Below, piece by piece: positions 26,666 through 36,889 of a stretch of DNA of 64,000 bases. The stretch's first letter is position 1; every line of letters begins with the position of its first letter. Source of the DNA: Minisyncoccota bacterium. Lineage in GTDB: Bacteria; Patescibacteriota; Minisyncoccia; Phycocordibacterales; JBAYLF01. The notes under the pieces are model-generated. The model worked only from the letters and a program-made list of their open reading frames with translations. It had not been told where the DNA came from and did not search any database. The DNA lies in contig JBAYLF010000004.1 in the NCBI GenBank assembly GCA_041664205.1, forward strand, positions 12,297 through 76,296. Direction: 5' to 3'. The translations under genes were made by a program, and so were the position numbers.

Positions 26666-28129
26666 TTATAGAATCGATATGGCTTCTTTTATTCTAGCTA
26701 TCGATTCTTTTTTTCCTAAAATTGAAATTAAACTGAATGGATCAGGAGATTTATCCTTTCCTGAAAGCGAATATCTTATAGGCCACAACACTACCCCCCT
26801 TCCCTTCTCTGTAGCATAATCCCAAATATATTCCTTTATATTTTCTGCATCAAAATTACTGTCAGAAATACTCTCGATAATTTTTATAGCATCTTCTAAA
26901 TATTCTTTAGTTTTTTGAGCATCGCTATCTTTCCATATTATTTTTTCTTTTATCAAAACAGGCTTGTTTATAAAATAATCAAGTTCGCCATTACTTATCA
27001 TTTTTCTTAAATCGCCAAAAGTTTCGATACGTTCAAGAATTAAGGGTGATATTTTTTTTAACAATAATTCATCAGCATTAGCAAAGATCGGAAACTCATT
27101 TAAAATTTTTCTTACACTAGAAATAAAATCATTTTGAGGCATTCTTTTAATATGCTCTTTATTCACCCAAAGCAATTTTTCTTCATTTAGATTTGCTCCG
27201 CCAGTTTGAATTTTTTCTATTTTAAATAATTCTATAATTTCTTTTCTGGAAAAAATCTCTCTATCATCTCCAGCGCCTGGGTTCCAACCAATAAAAGCCA
27301 AAAAATTAAAAATAGCATCTGGCAAATAACCTTCGTTTCTGTATTCAAGAATATCTTTAGCTCCATCTCTTTTACTTAATTTCTTTTTTCCATCAGGCCC
27401 CATAATCGGTGGTAATGTAACAAATTCTGGTCTTGTTATTTCTAATGCATTATACAAAGCTATAAAGTTAGGAGTCGAAGAAATAAATTCATCGGCTCTG
27501 AAAATGTGTGTTACCCCCATCTCAAAATCATCAATAATATGAGCAAAATTGTATGTTGGGTATCCGTCACTTTTTATTAAAATAAAGTCATCAAGAGCCT
27601 CTGGACCAGCTTCTAAGTCCCCTCTTACTAAATCATGCCATTTTGTTTTTTCTACGTTTGTTATCTTGAAACGAAGCGGGGTGCTTCCGTCCCAAACTGG
27701 TGGATTTTCTGGCCTATGTTCTCTATATGAAAATGGGCGTTTTTCTTTTTCGGCAGTTTCTCTGAAAGCTTGAATTTCTTCTTTTGAATAAGGGTCAGCA
27801 TAAGCCAAACCTTTGTCAGCAAGAGTTTGAGCATACTTTTTGTATATCTCGAGTCTCTCTGATTGGATGTAAGGTGCTTTTGGTCCGCCTATATTTGGTC
27901 CTTCGTCCCAATTTAGTCCAAGCCAATTTAATGACTCTATAATATGTTCGATTGATCCTGGAACCTCCCTTTCTTTGTCTGTATCTTCTATTCTGAGAAT
28001 AAACTTTCCATTATTCTTTCTAGCAAATATCCATGCAAAAAGAGCGGTGCGAACGCCACCAATATGCATAAACCCTGTAGGACTCGGAGCAAAACGAGTC
28101 ACAATTTGTTTTTGATTTTCTTTTGTCAT
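26666..28129 (-). CDS. gltX: glutamate--tRNA ligase
   Basis: VTRFAPSPTGFMHIGG (HIGH-type motif) and KLSKR. Class I layout. Confidence 0.9.
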   Translation of the reverse strand: MTKENQKQIVTRFAPSPTGFMHIGGVRTALFAWIFARKNNGKFILRIEDTDKEREVPGSIEHIIESLNWLGLNWDEGPNIGGPKAPYIQSERLEIYKKYAQTLADKGLAYADPYSKEEIQAFRETAEKEKRPFSYREHRPENPPVWDGSTPLRFKITNVEKTKWHDLVRGDLEAGPEALDDFILIKSDGYPTYNFAHIIDDFEMGVTHIFRADEFISSTPNFIALYNALEITRPEFVTLPPIMGPDGKKKLSKRDGAKDILEYRNEGYLPDAIFNFLAFIGWNPGAGDDREIFSRKEIIELFKIEKIQTGGANLNEEKLLWVNKEHIKRMPQNDFISSVRKILNEFPIFANADELLLKKISPLILERIETFGDLRKMISNGELDYFINKPVLIKEKIIWKDSDAQKTKEYLEDAIKIIESISDSNFDAENIKEYIWDYATEKGRGVVLWPIRYSLSGKDKSPDPFSLISILGKKESIARIKEAISIL

Positions 28130-29260
28130 TTATTTTCCTTCGTGAGTTAGTGCCATTCCTAATATTTCGGTGGCTATAATTTTTGCTGAATCAGCGCGAG
28201 CAAATTCCTTTGCGCTTTTCGCCATTTTATCTCTATCTACTGAACTCTCCATTAGTCTTTCGATCTCAGCAGTAAATATATTAACATTTAAATTACTTTC
28301 TTCAACAACAATGCATGCTCCACTTCTAGCGTAATTATATGCATTTTTTCTTTGATGATCTCCGTTTGATTCGGTTATTGGAATAATTATTGAAGGAAGT
28401 CCCCATAAAGCTATCTCGAATATTGTTGAGCCTCCACGTGATATCACAAGAGTAGCAACACCCGCGGCCATCTTCATCGCCAAGTCATTCAAATAGCCGA
28501 AAGTTTTATAACGTTCAGAATATTGATTGTTATCCAAAACAATTCTTGCACGTCCGTTTACTTCTTCAAGATTATTTTTACCAGTTTGATGAATGATTTG
28601 ATAATTTGGCAGAAGTCTAGGTAATGCATCTACTATAATATCATTTATAATTTTTGCCCCTTGTGATCCTCCAAGCACTAGAATAACCGGCACGTCTTGT
28701 TCTAATTTTAGAAATTCATATGCGCCATTTTTTGATGGCCTAATAATTTCAGCTCTAACAGGATTCCCGGTATAAGCAACTTTTTCCTTTGGAAAATAAG
28801 AAATAGCGCTCGGATAAGAAACTGCTATCTTATTGGCAAATTTACCAGCCCATATATTTACACGCCCTGGAATACTATCTGACTCATGAATTATTATGGG
28901 AATTCGAAAAAATCTGGCAGCAAGAAGAACTGGAAAACTAGCGTATCCGCCCTTACTAAACACAATATCTGGATATATTTGAAAAACTTTTACAAAAGCT
29001 TGAATAATACCCCAGATTGTTTTTATAGAATCAGTTAGATTTAAAAGGGAAAAATAAAGTCTAATTTTTCCTGCGGAAACTCTTTTATAAATTATGTTGT
29101 TATCAAACAAGATTGAAGGATTATATGACGTCGGACCCATATAATACATATCGGCATCTAAGAGTTTATGCTCCTTCATTATTTTTCTTATCTCTTGTGC
29201 AACGGCTACTATTGGATAAAAATGACCACCTGATCCGCCTCCTGTAAAAAGTATTTTCAT
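28130..29260 (-). CDS. murG: undecaprenyldiphospho-muramoylpentapeptide beta-N-acetylglucosaminyltransferase
   Basis: N-terminus GGGSGGHFYPIVAVA. C-terminal GT28 domain. Confidence 0.9.
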   Translation of the reverse strand: MKILFTGGGSGGHFYPIVAVAQEIRKIMKEHKLLDADMYYMGPTSYNPSILFDNNIIYKRVSAGKIRLYFSLLNLTDSIKTIWGIIQAFVKVFQIYPDIVFSKGGYASFPVLLAARFFRIPIIIHESDSIPGRVNIWAGKFANKIAVSYPSAISYFPKEKVAYTGNPVRAEIIRPSKNGAYEFLKLEQDVPVILVLGGSQGAKIINDIIVDALPRLLPNYQIIHQTGKNNLEEVNGRARIVLDNNQYSERYKTFGYLNDLAMKMAAGVATLVISRGGSTIFEIALWGLPSIIIPITESNGDHQRKNAYNYARSGACIVVEESNLNVNIFTAEIERLMESSVDRDKMAKSAKEFARADSAKIIATEILGMALTHEGK

Positions 29261-29285
29261 ATTATTTGATAATTTATGTTTAAAA

Positions 29286-30395
29286 TTAATTTCTTATTTG
29301 ATGTCTTGATACATTCAAAACTATACCGACTGAAAAAAGAACGAATAAAAGTGCTGTGCCTCCGTGACTTACAAAGAAAAGCGGAATGCCAGACAAAGGC
29401 AAAACCCCCAACATTGAACCGATATTTATAAAAGATTCAGATATTATCAGTATAACAATTCCAACGGTAACAAGTCTACCAAATTCATCAGAACTGTCGT
29501 TAGCAATCTTTAAACCACGCAAAGCAAAAAATATATAAAGAGAAATTAGTAACACGCTACCGACAAATCCAAATTCTTCAGCTGCAACAGCAAAAATTGA
29601 ATCTCCGATAGGTTCTGGAAGATAATTGAATTTTTGAACACTTTGTCCGAACCCTCTGCCAAAAGTTCCGCCCGAACCTATAGCAATAAGCGACTGCTGA
29701 ATTTGATATCCGGAATGAAGAGGGTCGCTCGAAGGATTAATATATGTAGTCAAACGATCCATAAGATATGGTCTCATGCTTGCCAGTATGAAAAGGCCAA
29801 TAGCAGATATCAAAAATAATATGAATATATCTCTCCATTTAGCACCGCTAATAAGATACATAGCAAGACCGCTCGCAAAAATTATAAAAAATGTGGCTGT
29901 GTCAGGCTGATTTAAAAGTATCAGTCCAACAATCCCTAAAATAACCACAAATGGAAGTAATCCAAACCTAAATAAATTTAAATTATTTTTAACACCAGAC
30001 AGCCAACTTGCAAAATAAATAATGAATCCAATTTTTAAAATCTCGGATGGTTGTAATGTAAAATTACCAATAATTATCCATCTTCTAGCTCCTCCCGAAA
30101 GAAGACCTATGTGGGGCACAAAGACTAAAAGATTTATTAAAATTGCAAAGAAGAAAATCCAGAATGCATTCTTTTTCCAAAATTTATAATCTATCCGCGA
30201 GTTGATAGTCATAGCAACAAGACCTAAAAAAACTCCGAAAAATATCTGCTTGAAAGCTACCATAAAAAAATCTGGACCTGATTCACCGCGTGCCCATAAA
30301 CCCATTGAAGCAGAAATAAATATAAGCAGACCTACAACAACAAGAACTATTGTTGAAATCAAAAATGGCTTATCAACTGGTTTTATAGTGGACAT
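29286..30395 (-). CDS. ftsW: SEDS-family peptidoglycan glycosyltransferase (FtsW/RodA)
   Basis: About 10 TM helices with SEDS layout. Position between mraY and murG. Confidence 0.8.
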   Translation of the reverse strand: MSTIKPVDKPFLISTIVLVVVGLLIFISASMGLWARGESGPDFFMVAFKQIFFGVFLGLVAMTINSRIDYKFWKKNAFWIFFFAILINLLVFVPHIGLLSGGARRWIIIGNFTLQPSEILKIGFIIYFASWLSGVKNNLNLFRFGLLPFVVILGIVGLILLNQPDTATFFIIFASGLAMYLISGAKWRDIFILFLISAIGLFILASMRPYLMDRLTTYINPSSDPLHSGYQIQQSLIAIGSGGTFGRGFGQSVQKFNYLPEPIGDSIFAVAAEEFGFVGSVLLISLYIFFALRGLKIANDSSDEFGRLVTVGIVILIISESFINIGSMLGVLPLSGIPLFFVSHGGTALLFVLFSVGIVLNVSRHQIRN

Positions 30396-30439
30396 GCTAT
30401 CTAAACAAAAATATTAAATAAATAAATTTAGAATAAAAT

Positions 30440-31516
30440 TTATTTGCCTAAAAATGCAATTATAATTCCTATAGTGGCAAATATTATAGATATGATCCAA
30501 TAACGCATTGTCACTTTGTATGCTGGCCAACCGATTGCTTCAAAATGATGATGAATAGGCGCCACCAAAAAAACTTTTTTACCGTTACGAAATTTCTTTG
30601 AAACAACCTGAATTATGTCTGATAGTGTGGTAACTATAAGAGGAAAAGCAATTATCGGTAAAACGCTTAATCCGTGTCCGTCACCTAGTGAATCAGTCAT
30701 AAATGCAACAACTGTAAGCGTAAGTAAAAGTGCCATACTTCCTGTTTCTGACATATAAAAACGCGCTGGCGGAATATTAAACCAAAGAAAAGCAAGAATG
30801 CTTCCAACTATCACAGCGCAAAATGCCGCCAAATCAATTTGATTTTGAAAGAACGCAATAATTGTATATGCACCAAAAATTATACCGAGCACTCCGCCGG
30901 CAAGACCATCTAATCCATCTATCACACCGCCGGAATAAATACCGAGCATAACAAAAATAAAAAATGGAATAAATAACCAACCTAAATAAATAGTTCCAAT
31001 AAAAGGAACATAGATCATTGAAATCTCAAGTTTAAAATAAAACCACATCGAAGCAAGAAGTCCGACGATAGAAACAAGAATTATTCTTTTTTTAAGAGAC
31101 AATCCGCCAGAGATGTGGTCGCGACTTCCCCTTATATCTAAAAAGTCATCTACTAAACCTATAACAGCACCAACAAGAAGAGCAAAAAAAGGTAACCATG
31201 TTTGACTTCGACTTAGAAAATCTAGCTTATGAATAAAATCGGTCTTTAATAAATTATCTAGTATCCAAAGTCCTAAAATTACAAACGATGCTGATAGCCA
31301 GATAATAACCCCACCCATTTTCGGAGTGCCAACTTCTTTATCTTTATGGAGACTATTGAAAATCGGCGTATCTTTGCCGTCCATAGCAACCTTGCCTGCT
31401 TTTTTCTTCCACATCTCATTCTTATAAAGGTAATGGGTCCAAAAAGGTGTTAAGAAAATGCCTAAGAAAAAGGCAATAGCGGCAGGTAAAAACACTTTAA
31501 CAACATCGATAATCAT
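30440..31516 (-). CDS. mraY: phospho-N-acetylmuramoyl-pentapeptide transferase
   Basis: VDDFLDIRG and GVIDGLDGLAGG motifs. Polytopic membrane protein. Confidence 0.9.
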   Translation of the reverse strand: MIIDVVKVFLPAAIAFFLGIFLTPFWTHYLYKNEMWKKKAGKVAMDGKDTPIFNSLHKDKEVGTPKMGGVIIWLSASFVILGLWILDNLLKTDFIHKLDFLSRSQTWLPFFALLVGAVIGLVDDFLDIRGSRDHISGGLSLKKRIILVSIVGLLASMWFYFKLEISMIYVPFIGTIYLGWLFIPFFIFVMLGIYSGGVIDGLDGLAGGVLGIIFGAYTIIAFFQNQIDLAAFCAVIVGSILAFLWFNIPPARFYMSETGSMALLLTLTVVAFMTDSLGDGHGLSVLPIIAFPLIVTTLSDIIQVVSKKFRNGKKVFLVAPIHHHFEAIGWPAYKVTMRYWIISIIFATIGIIIAFLGK

Positions 31517-31597
31517 TGCTAATATTATACTTTATTTTGCTAAATGAGCCAAGAAAAATTGGCGTTGCACAGTATTTGTGCAACGCCAATTTAAGCT

Positions 31598-32131
31598 CTA
31601 AATTATATTTAGAGAATTTTTATCAATAACTGCTGATGGGCTACTATATCCAAAATATTCAAAACTAAGAGGCTTTAATTGTATACCGAAGGTTTGAATA
31701 CCCCAGCAGATGCAGGGAACATAACGATCCCCTTCTGGATCCAAAAGTAAAACACCATCAAAACAAATTTGCCTAGGTAGGCCATTTACTTTATTTTTCC
31801 AAGACTCGGGAATAACAGACAATTTTCCCCAAAGGATTTGAAAAATATCTCCGCCAAGACATATAAGATTCTCACTTTTCTTTAAACGTCTCAACCTCTC
31901 TTCTCCACTAATATATTTTTCATGTCCCTTAAGACAAGTCACAAAACGAACGCTCTTGAGAACTTTCTCAATATCAGCAAATTCAGAAATGCGATTTTCG
32001 CTTTCCTTTTCAATAATACTCCAACCGTTACCAATAAATCTTGCAAAAGGACCTTTTACGTCAATTTGTTCAGATTTTTTTTCGGTCGGTTTTCCAATTT
32101 TTGGTAATCTCCTGAATAATTCAGCAATCAT
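31598..32131 (-). CDS. hypothetical protein
   Basis: 177-aa ORF. No family recognised. Confidence 0.4.
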   Translation of the reverse strand: MIAELFRRLPKIGKPTEKKSEQIDVKGPFARFIGNGWSIIEKESENRISEFADIEKVLKSVRFVTCLKGHEKYISGEERLRRLKKSENLICLGGDIFQILWGKLSVIPESWKNKVNGLPRQICFDGVLLLDPEGDRYVPCICWGIQTFGIQLKPLSFEYFGYSSPSAVIDKNSLNII

Positions 32132-32351
32132 AATTTTCCTCCTGTTTTGTATTTTGTATTGTTTTTATTCCTGCAACGCTTTGCTACAGGATATAAAAGT
32201 TAATATTTTAACTCCTATATTCTGCAGTAAAGCGACATCAAAGAACTTTATATAAAAACACCTTATCATTTAAAACTTTAAATGTCAATGGTGAAATAGC
32301 CAAAATAAGCATGGAGGAAGCCATATTTTTATTTTTCAATTTTAATATTTT

Positions 32352-33293
32352 TTATTGCTTCAAATAAGAAAGGGTGCTTGAGGCAAGTGTGAGCACATCT
32401 TTAAATCTTCCTTCTGCCGTAGAACCTAACACAACAATAGCTATCGGTTTATTCAAACCACTATCAAAGATAACGGCAAGATTTCCTCCGGCAGTATCTT
32501 CGAGCCCTGTTTTTGAAGCGAGCAATCCTGGAATAAGCGAGGCAATCTTATCTGTATTTTTTGCATCAAATCTAGCGCCAGAAATTGAATTTAGAGATAT
32601 AGAAGATTTATTCGTAATTTCAAATATTTCAGGATATTGCTTAAAAGCATAGACAAACATTTTTACAACTCCAAGCGCAGAACCCATTCCGCCATTAGTA
32701 GTTTTGTCTATATCTAATCCAGTTTCATTGTAAAAATAAACATCACTATCCCCTATTGCTCTAGCTTGCTTATTCATTTGATCTACAAACCATTTATTTC
32801 CATTCTCATAACTACCCCCTAAAGCTTTTGCTCCTATTACAGAAGCAACGGAACGCGCCCCATCATTTGAAGAAACTATAAGTGTGTAGGATAAAAGAGT
32901 GCCCAATTTCCATTTGTCATTTGCCTTCAGTCCATTATTATCAATAATAAATGAACTCATTATTGGAACTTCAAGATCTTTTGGTGCAAGTTTCAAAGCA
33001 GTAACAGCCGTCATAATTTTTGTAAGAGAAGCAAGAGGCATACGCTCATTTTCATTTTTCCCATATAAAATCTTGTTGCTGTTTATATCATAAACAATAA
33101 CTGATTTAGCTTCGATATTTAAATTATTAAATGCATTATTATTTTTTTCAACTTTTACATTGGCCATTATTGGAATTCCACCGTCTTTAGAATTTAGCGC
33201 AGAAGCAACAAAGAAAAGCAAAAAAACCATATATCCGATGCTACACATCGTTAATATATTTGTCATCAAACTTTTTTTATTATTTTGCTCCAT
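32352..33293 (-). CDS. D-alanyl-D-alanine carboxypeptidase (serine-type, PBP5-like)
   Basis: SLTKIMTA (SxxK), SSNDGA (SxN) and KTG (ASKTGLEDTAGG). N-terminal TM helix. Confidence 0.75.
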   Translation of the reverse strand: MEQNNKKSLMTNILTMCSIGYMVFLLFFVASALNSKDGGIPIMANVKVEKNNNAFNNLNIEAKSVIVYDINSNKILYGKNENERMPLASLTKIMTAVTALKLAPKDLEVPIMSSFIIDNNGLKANDKWKLGTLLSYTLIVSSNDGARSVASVIGAKALGGSYENGNKWFVDQMNKQARAIGDSDVYFYNETGLDIDKTTNGGMGSALGVVKMFVYAFKQYPEIFEITNKSSISLNSISGARFDAKNTDKIASLIPGLLASKTGLEDTAGGNLAVIFDSGLNKPIAIVVLGSTAEGRFKDVLTLASSTLSYLKQ

Positions 33294-33318
33294 TTATATA
33301 AATTATAACTTATTTAAT

Positions 33319-33900
33319 TTAATTTTCACTTAAAGTTTGTTCACTTTTATTTTCTTGGGTTTCATCGTCTTCTTTGTTAATTGCATTAAAATTTTCTATT
33401 TCTTTTCTTACTTCACTAAATTCCGGAAGTTCCTCAAGCTTCTTTATTCCTAGATAAGACATTAGCTCAAATGTTGGCTTATATAAGATCACTCTCTGAT
33501 CTTTAGCGTCTATCTCCTTTTCGATAAGTCCTCGAATAAGAAGATGTCTTAAAACAAACTGTGAATTAACCCCACGGATATAATCTATTTCTGAACGCCT
33601 TATTGGTCCTCTATAAAGAATAATGGAAAGCGTTTCAAGTCCTGCCTTTCCCAGATCTTTATTTAAATCTTCTTTGATAATTGATTCGATAAGTTCTGAC
33701 GAAGATGGTGTGGTGCCGAGCATAACCGAATCGTCTTTTTGCATAAGGCACACTCCCCTGTCTTGAAGCTTTTCTTCAAGAACTTTTAGAGCATCGCTTA
33801 TCTCTGGCTCGCTTACATTTAAAATTTGTGCGAGTTTTTTTATAGCGACGGGTTCGCCTTTGAAAAATAAAATTGATTCAATTTTTATATCTAAGTCCAT
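33319..33900 (-). CDS. scpB: segregation and condensation protein B
   Basis: ScpB winged-helix motifs (IESILFFKGEPV..., LYRGPIRRSEIDYIRGV). Start set at the Met (MDLDIK). The track ORF extends to 33990 only by reading through a palindromic repeat. Confidence 0.8.
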   Translation of the reverse strand: MDLDIKIESILFFKGEPVAIKKLAQILNVSEPEISDALKVLEEKLQDRGVCLMQKDDSVMLGTTPSSSELIESIIKEDLNKDLGKAGLETLSIILYRGPIRRSEIDYIRGVNSQFVLRHLLIRGLIEKEIDAKDQRVILYKPTFELMSYLGIKKLEELPEFSEVRKEIENFNAINKEDDETQENKSEQTLSEN

Positions 33901-33917
33901 TTTATAAATTTTTATTT

Positions 33918-33989
33918 TGTCATTCCCGCGAAGGCGGGAATCTAGTTTCTGCCTGCTTAATCTGGATTCCCGCCTTCGCGGGAATGACA
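33918..33989. repeat. GC-rich palindromic repeat element, copy 1 (two inverted hairpin units)
   Basis: TGTCATTCCCGCGAAGGCGGGAATC-tagtttctgcctgcttaatctg-GATTCCCGCCTTCGCGGGAATGACA. Each unit is ATTCCC-N8-GGGAAT. Near-identical to 40316-40364. Confidence 0.7.
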
Positions 33990-34001
33990 CAAATTTTTTA
34001 A

Positions 34002-34733
34002 TTAATGATATTTAGGCACCCCAATCTCCTGTGTTTCCATTTCAATATCTCCATGCTTACTTTGTTGCATTACATTTATTATTCCATTCTTTACTAATTC
34101 TAACATAGCTAGAAAACTTACAATAACATTAACTTTTTCTTCTTTTCCAAATCCAGAGAAATTCTTAAAGCTCATTCTGAGACTTGTCTTTATTCTACCT
34201 GTAAGTTTTTCAATCGTTTCTTCCAAACTTATAACTTTCCTTACTAAAACCTTTGGTAATATTTCTTTCTTCGGCAAATTTTTTAGCACCTCTCTTATAG
34301 TGCTCAATAGTTTGCTAACATTAGTTTCCTTATCTGGTGAAAATACTGTCTGAATATTTTTTGTTTCAGATTTAGCAAAAATTAAATTGCTCCCATACAT
34401 TTTCTTCACATTGGAACTTAACTCTTTCATCCTCTGATATATCTTTAGGCGATTTTGTAGATCTTCGATATTTTTTTCTTCGTCTTCTGTGAGCTTAAGC
34501 GCTGGAAGCAATGATCGAGATTTTATAAGAAGAAGAGTTGATGCTATCAAGATGAAATTAGCGCTTTGATCTACTGGAAAATTTTCATAACTTTTAACAT
34601 GCGAAATATAATCATCTGTTACTTTAGCCAAAGAAATGTCATTTATAAAGAGCTTTCTCTTTTCTATTAAGGAGAGTAAAAGGTCTAAAGGGCCTTCAAA
34701 ATGCTCGGTTTTGACTTTAAATTGTTCTTCCAT
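34002..34733 (-). CDS. scpA: segregation and condensation protein A
   Basis: N-terminus FEGPLDLLLSLIEK is typical ScpA. Confidence 0.85.
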   Translation of the reverse strand: MEEQFKVKTEHFEGPLDLLLSLIEKRKLFINDISLAKVTDDYISHVKSYENFPVDQSANFILIASTLLLIKSRSLLPALKLTEDEEKNIEDLQNRLKIYQRMKELSSNVKKMYGSNLIFAKSETKNIQTVFSPDKETNVSKLLSTIREVLKNLPKKEILPKVLVRKVISLEETIEKLTGRIKTSLRMSFKNFSGFGKEEKVNVIVSFLAMLELVKNGIINVMQQSKHGDIEMETQEIGVPKYH

Positions 34734-34875
34734 CTTAACCTTAGAATATCATTTTTTGAGCAAATTTAAAATTGATTGACTAAACTGATTTATTATTATA
34801 TTTTATATCAATAAAGTTCTTTGATTGACCTGCTGGCAAAACGCCAAGCGAATTACAGACTTCTAAACTACCGAT

Positions 34876-35379
34876 ATGACAAATACAGACATGATATATA
34901 ATGTTATTCCTATAGTATTCCCGTTATTCATTAATAACGACTATGCGATAAAAAGAATGCTTAAACTTGGCAATTATGATCTAGTTGACAATGATGTTAT
35001 TCCAAGCCATTTTGTGCCAAAACAGTGGACTGATTTGCTTTCTGATTCTGACTATGAAGTCACTCTCAAACTCATCTCTTTCAATACTGAAACGACACCT
35101 CAAAACAGTTTAGCTTGGATATCAGGGATTGGATTTAAATCGGCCAATATTCGAGAAACCTTAACCTTTGGTGCACAATATCCAAACGAGCAGAAAAATT
35201 CCTTGATTGTTTCTCCAGATGCAAACTTGAGAATTATGAGAAGTTTTTATTCGCTAGCGCTTGGAAATGAAAGAAGTTTCGGACTTCAAGACGAATCGAA
35301 ACCGCAACGAGTTTTGGGCTTCATTCATAATTTTCACAAACTTCCAGCGGGGACAAAATTTCTAGTTGTTCCTAAGTAA
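34876..35379 (+). CDS. hypothetical protein
   Basis: 167-aa ORF. No family recognised. Followed by a terminator. Confidence 0.45.
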   Translation: MTNTDMIYNVIPIVFPLFINNDYAIKRMLKLGNYDLVDNDVIPSHFVPKQWTDLLSDSDYEVTLKLISFNTETTPQNSLAWISGIGFKSANIRETLTFGAQYPNEQKNSLIVSPDANLRIMRSFYSLALGNERSFGLQDESKPQRVLGFIHNFHKLPAGTKFLVVPK

Positions 35380-35399
35380 GCATCTTATAAGATGAAATA

Positions 35400-35468
35400 A
35401 TCTGAGCCAGTGAACTCAGATTTCAAAGCCGCGCACTAACTTAATTGATAGGGCGCGGTTTTTATTTT
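35400..35468. terminator. pair of hairpins forming bidirectional terminators between convergent genes
   Basis: atctgag...ctcagat, and ccgcgc-N18-gcgcgg followed by tttttatttt. Confidence 0.6.
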
Positions 35469-35477
35469 GTCTAAAAA

Positions 35478-36872
35478 TTATTTTTGAATCTTTATTCCCA
35501 GTTCGCGGAGTTGTTTGTCTTCTATCTCTGCCGGCGCTTCCATCATCAAGTCTCTTCCCTCTCCAGTTTTTGGAAACGCGATAACTTCGCGGATCGAAGG
35601 CTCGTTTTTGAATATCATTATAAGGCGATCAACTCCCCAAGCAATTCCTCCGTGCGGTGGTGTGCCAGAGCCTAGTGCCTTTAGCATGTGACCAAAATTA
35701 TTTTCAATTCTGTCATTTTCATAATCCATAATCTCAAAAACTTTTTTCAATGCTTCCGGTCTGTGATTTCTGATACTTCCTCCGCCGATCTCGTAACCGT
35801 TCAAAACTATGTCGTATTGAGCTGCGATAATTTTTTCTATATTTTCTTTATTCATCAAGTCATTCATAAACTCCGGCATCGGTGCGGAAAATGGATTGTG
35901 AGTAAATGTCCATTTACCTCCGTCTGTCTTTTCAAAAAATGGAAAATCAATAACCCAACAAAACGCCAAAAGGTTTTTATCATTTTTGTCTTCTCTTATA
36001 TCTGGGTGGTCTGAACCATATTTCTCCATCGCTTCCTTATAAGTTATTTTAGGAAAAGGAATTTGCTGAATTTTTTTCTCCGGCATTAATTTTCCAACAA
36101 TCTCAATTAAAAGTTTTTCATTTAATTCCATCACTTCTTCTTGAGTAGTAAAACTTAATTCCATATCAAGTTGTGTGAATTCTGGCTGACGATCTCCGCG
36201 AGTGTCTTCGTCTCTCATACAACGAGCGACTTGGAAATATCTTTCGAATCCCGACGCCATCAAAAGCTGTTTGTATTGCTGTGGGGATTGTGGAAGCGCA
36301 TAAAACTTTCCCTTATCTATTCGGGATGGCACAACATAATCGCGAGCACCTTCCGGAGTAGATTTTGTAAGGATTGGAGTTTCTATTTCTATAAAATTTT
36401 CATTAGAAAGATAATCTCTAGTAAATTTAACGACTTTATCTCGCAATCGGATATTGTCTTGAAGTCTTGGTCGTCTTAAGTCTAGATAGCGATATTTTAA
36501 GCGATGTTCCTCGCCTATTTCGTTTCCGTCAGATGTTGGATCAATCGGCGGAGTTTCTGCTTCGTTCAAAACTTCAATAGATAAAACTTCAAGCTCAACG
36601 TCTCCGTTTGGCTCGTTTTTATTTATCATTCTTTCTGGACGCTTATTTACTTTACCAGTAACGCCAATAACCCACTCTGGTCGAACGGTATCACCAAGCT
36701 TATGAGCTTCTTCGTGGCTTGGCAAAACTACCATCTGAACTTTTCCGCTCATATCGCGAAGATCTATGAAGATAAGTTTCCCGTGATCGCGACGCACATC
36801 AACCCAACCAGCGACAGTAACTTCTTCTCCGGCATGTTCTTTTAGATTTTTTATATATACTCTGTTTTTCAT
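35478..36872 (-). CDS. aspS: aspartate--tRNA ligase, short archaeal/eukaryal-type (no GAD insertion)
   Basis: N-terminal OB fold. QSPQQYKQLLM motif. Class II motifs including GGGSIR. 464 aa. Confidence 0.85.
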   Translation of the reverse strand: MKNRVYIKNLKEHAGEEVTVAGWVDVRRDHGKLIFIDLRDMSGKVQMVVLPSHEEAHKLGDTVRPEWVIGVTGKVNKRPERMINKNEPNGDVELEVLSIEVLNEAETPPIDPTSDGNEIGEEHRLKYRYLDLRRPRLQDNIRLRDKVVKFTRDYLSNENFIEIETPILTKSTPEGARDYVVPSRIDKGKFYALPQSPQQYKQLLMASGFERYFQVARCMRDEDTRGDRQPEFTQLDMELSFTTQEEVMELNEKLLIEIVGKLMPEKKIQQIPFPKITYKEAMEKYGSDHPDIREDKNDKNLLAFCWVIDFPFFEKTDGGKWTFTHNPFSAPMPEFMNDLMNKENIEKIIAAQYDIVLNGYEIGGGSIRNHRPEALKKVFEIMDYENDRIENNFGHMLKALGSGTPPHGGIAWGVDRLIMIFKNEPSIREVIAFPKTGEGRDLMMEAPAEIEDKQLRELGIKIQK

Positions 36873-36889
36873 ATTTTAATTTAGTATTT

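Noticed and set aside
33901-33990. N-terminal extension of scpB (MSFPRRRESRLSRQKLDSRLRGND...)
   Set aside because: Arises from translating the GC-rich palindromic repeat. The true start is most likely the Met at 33900
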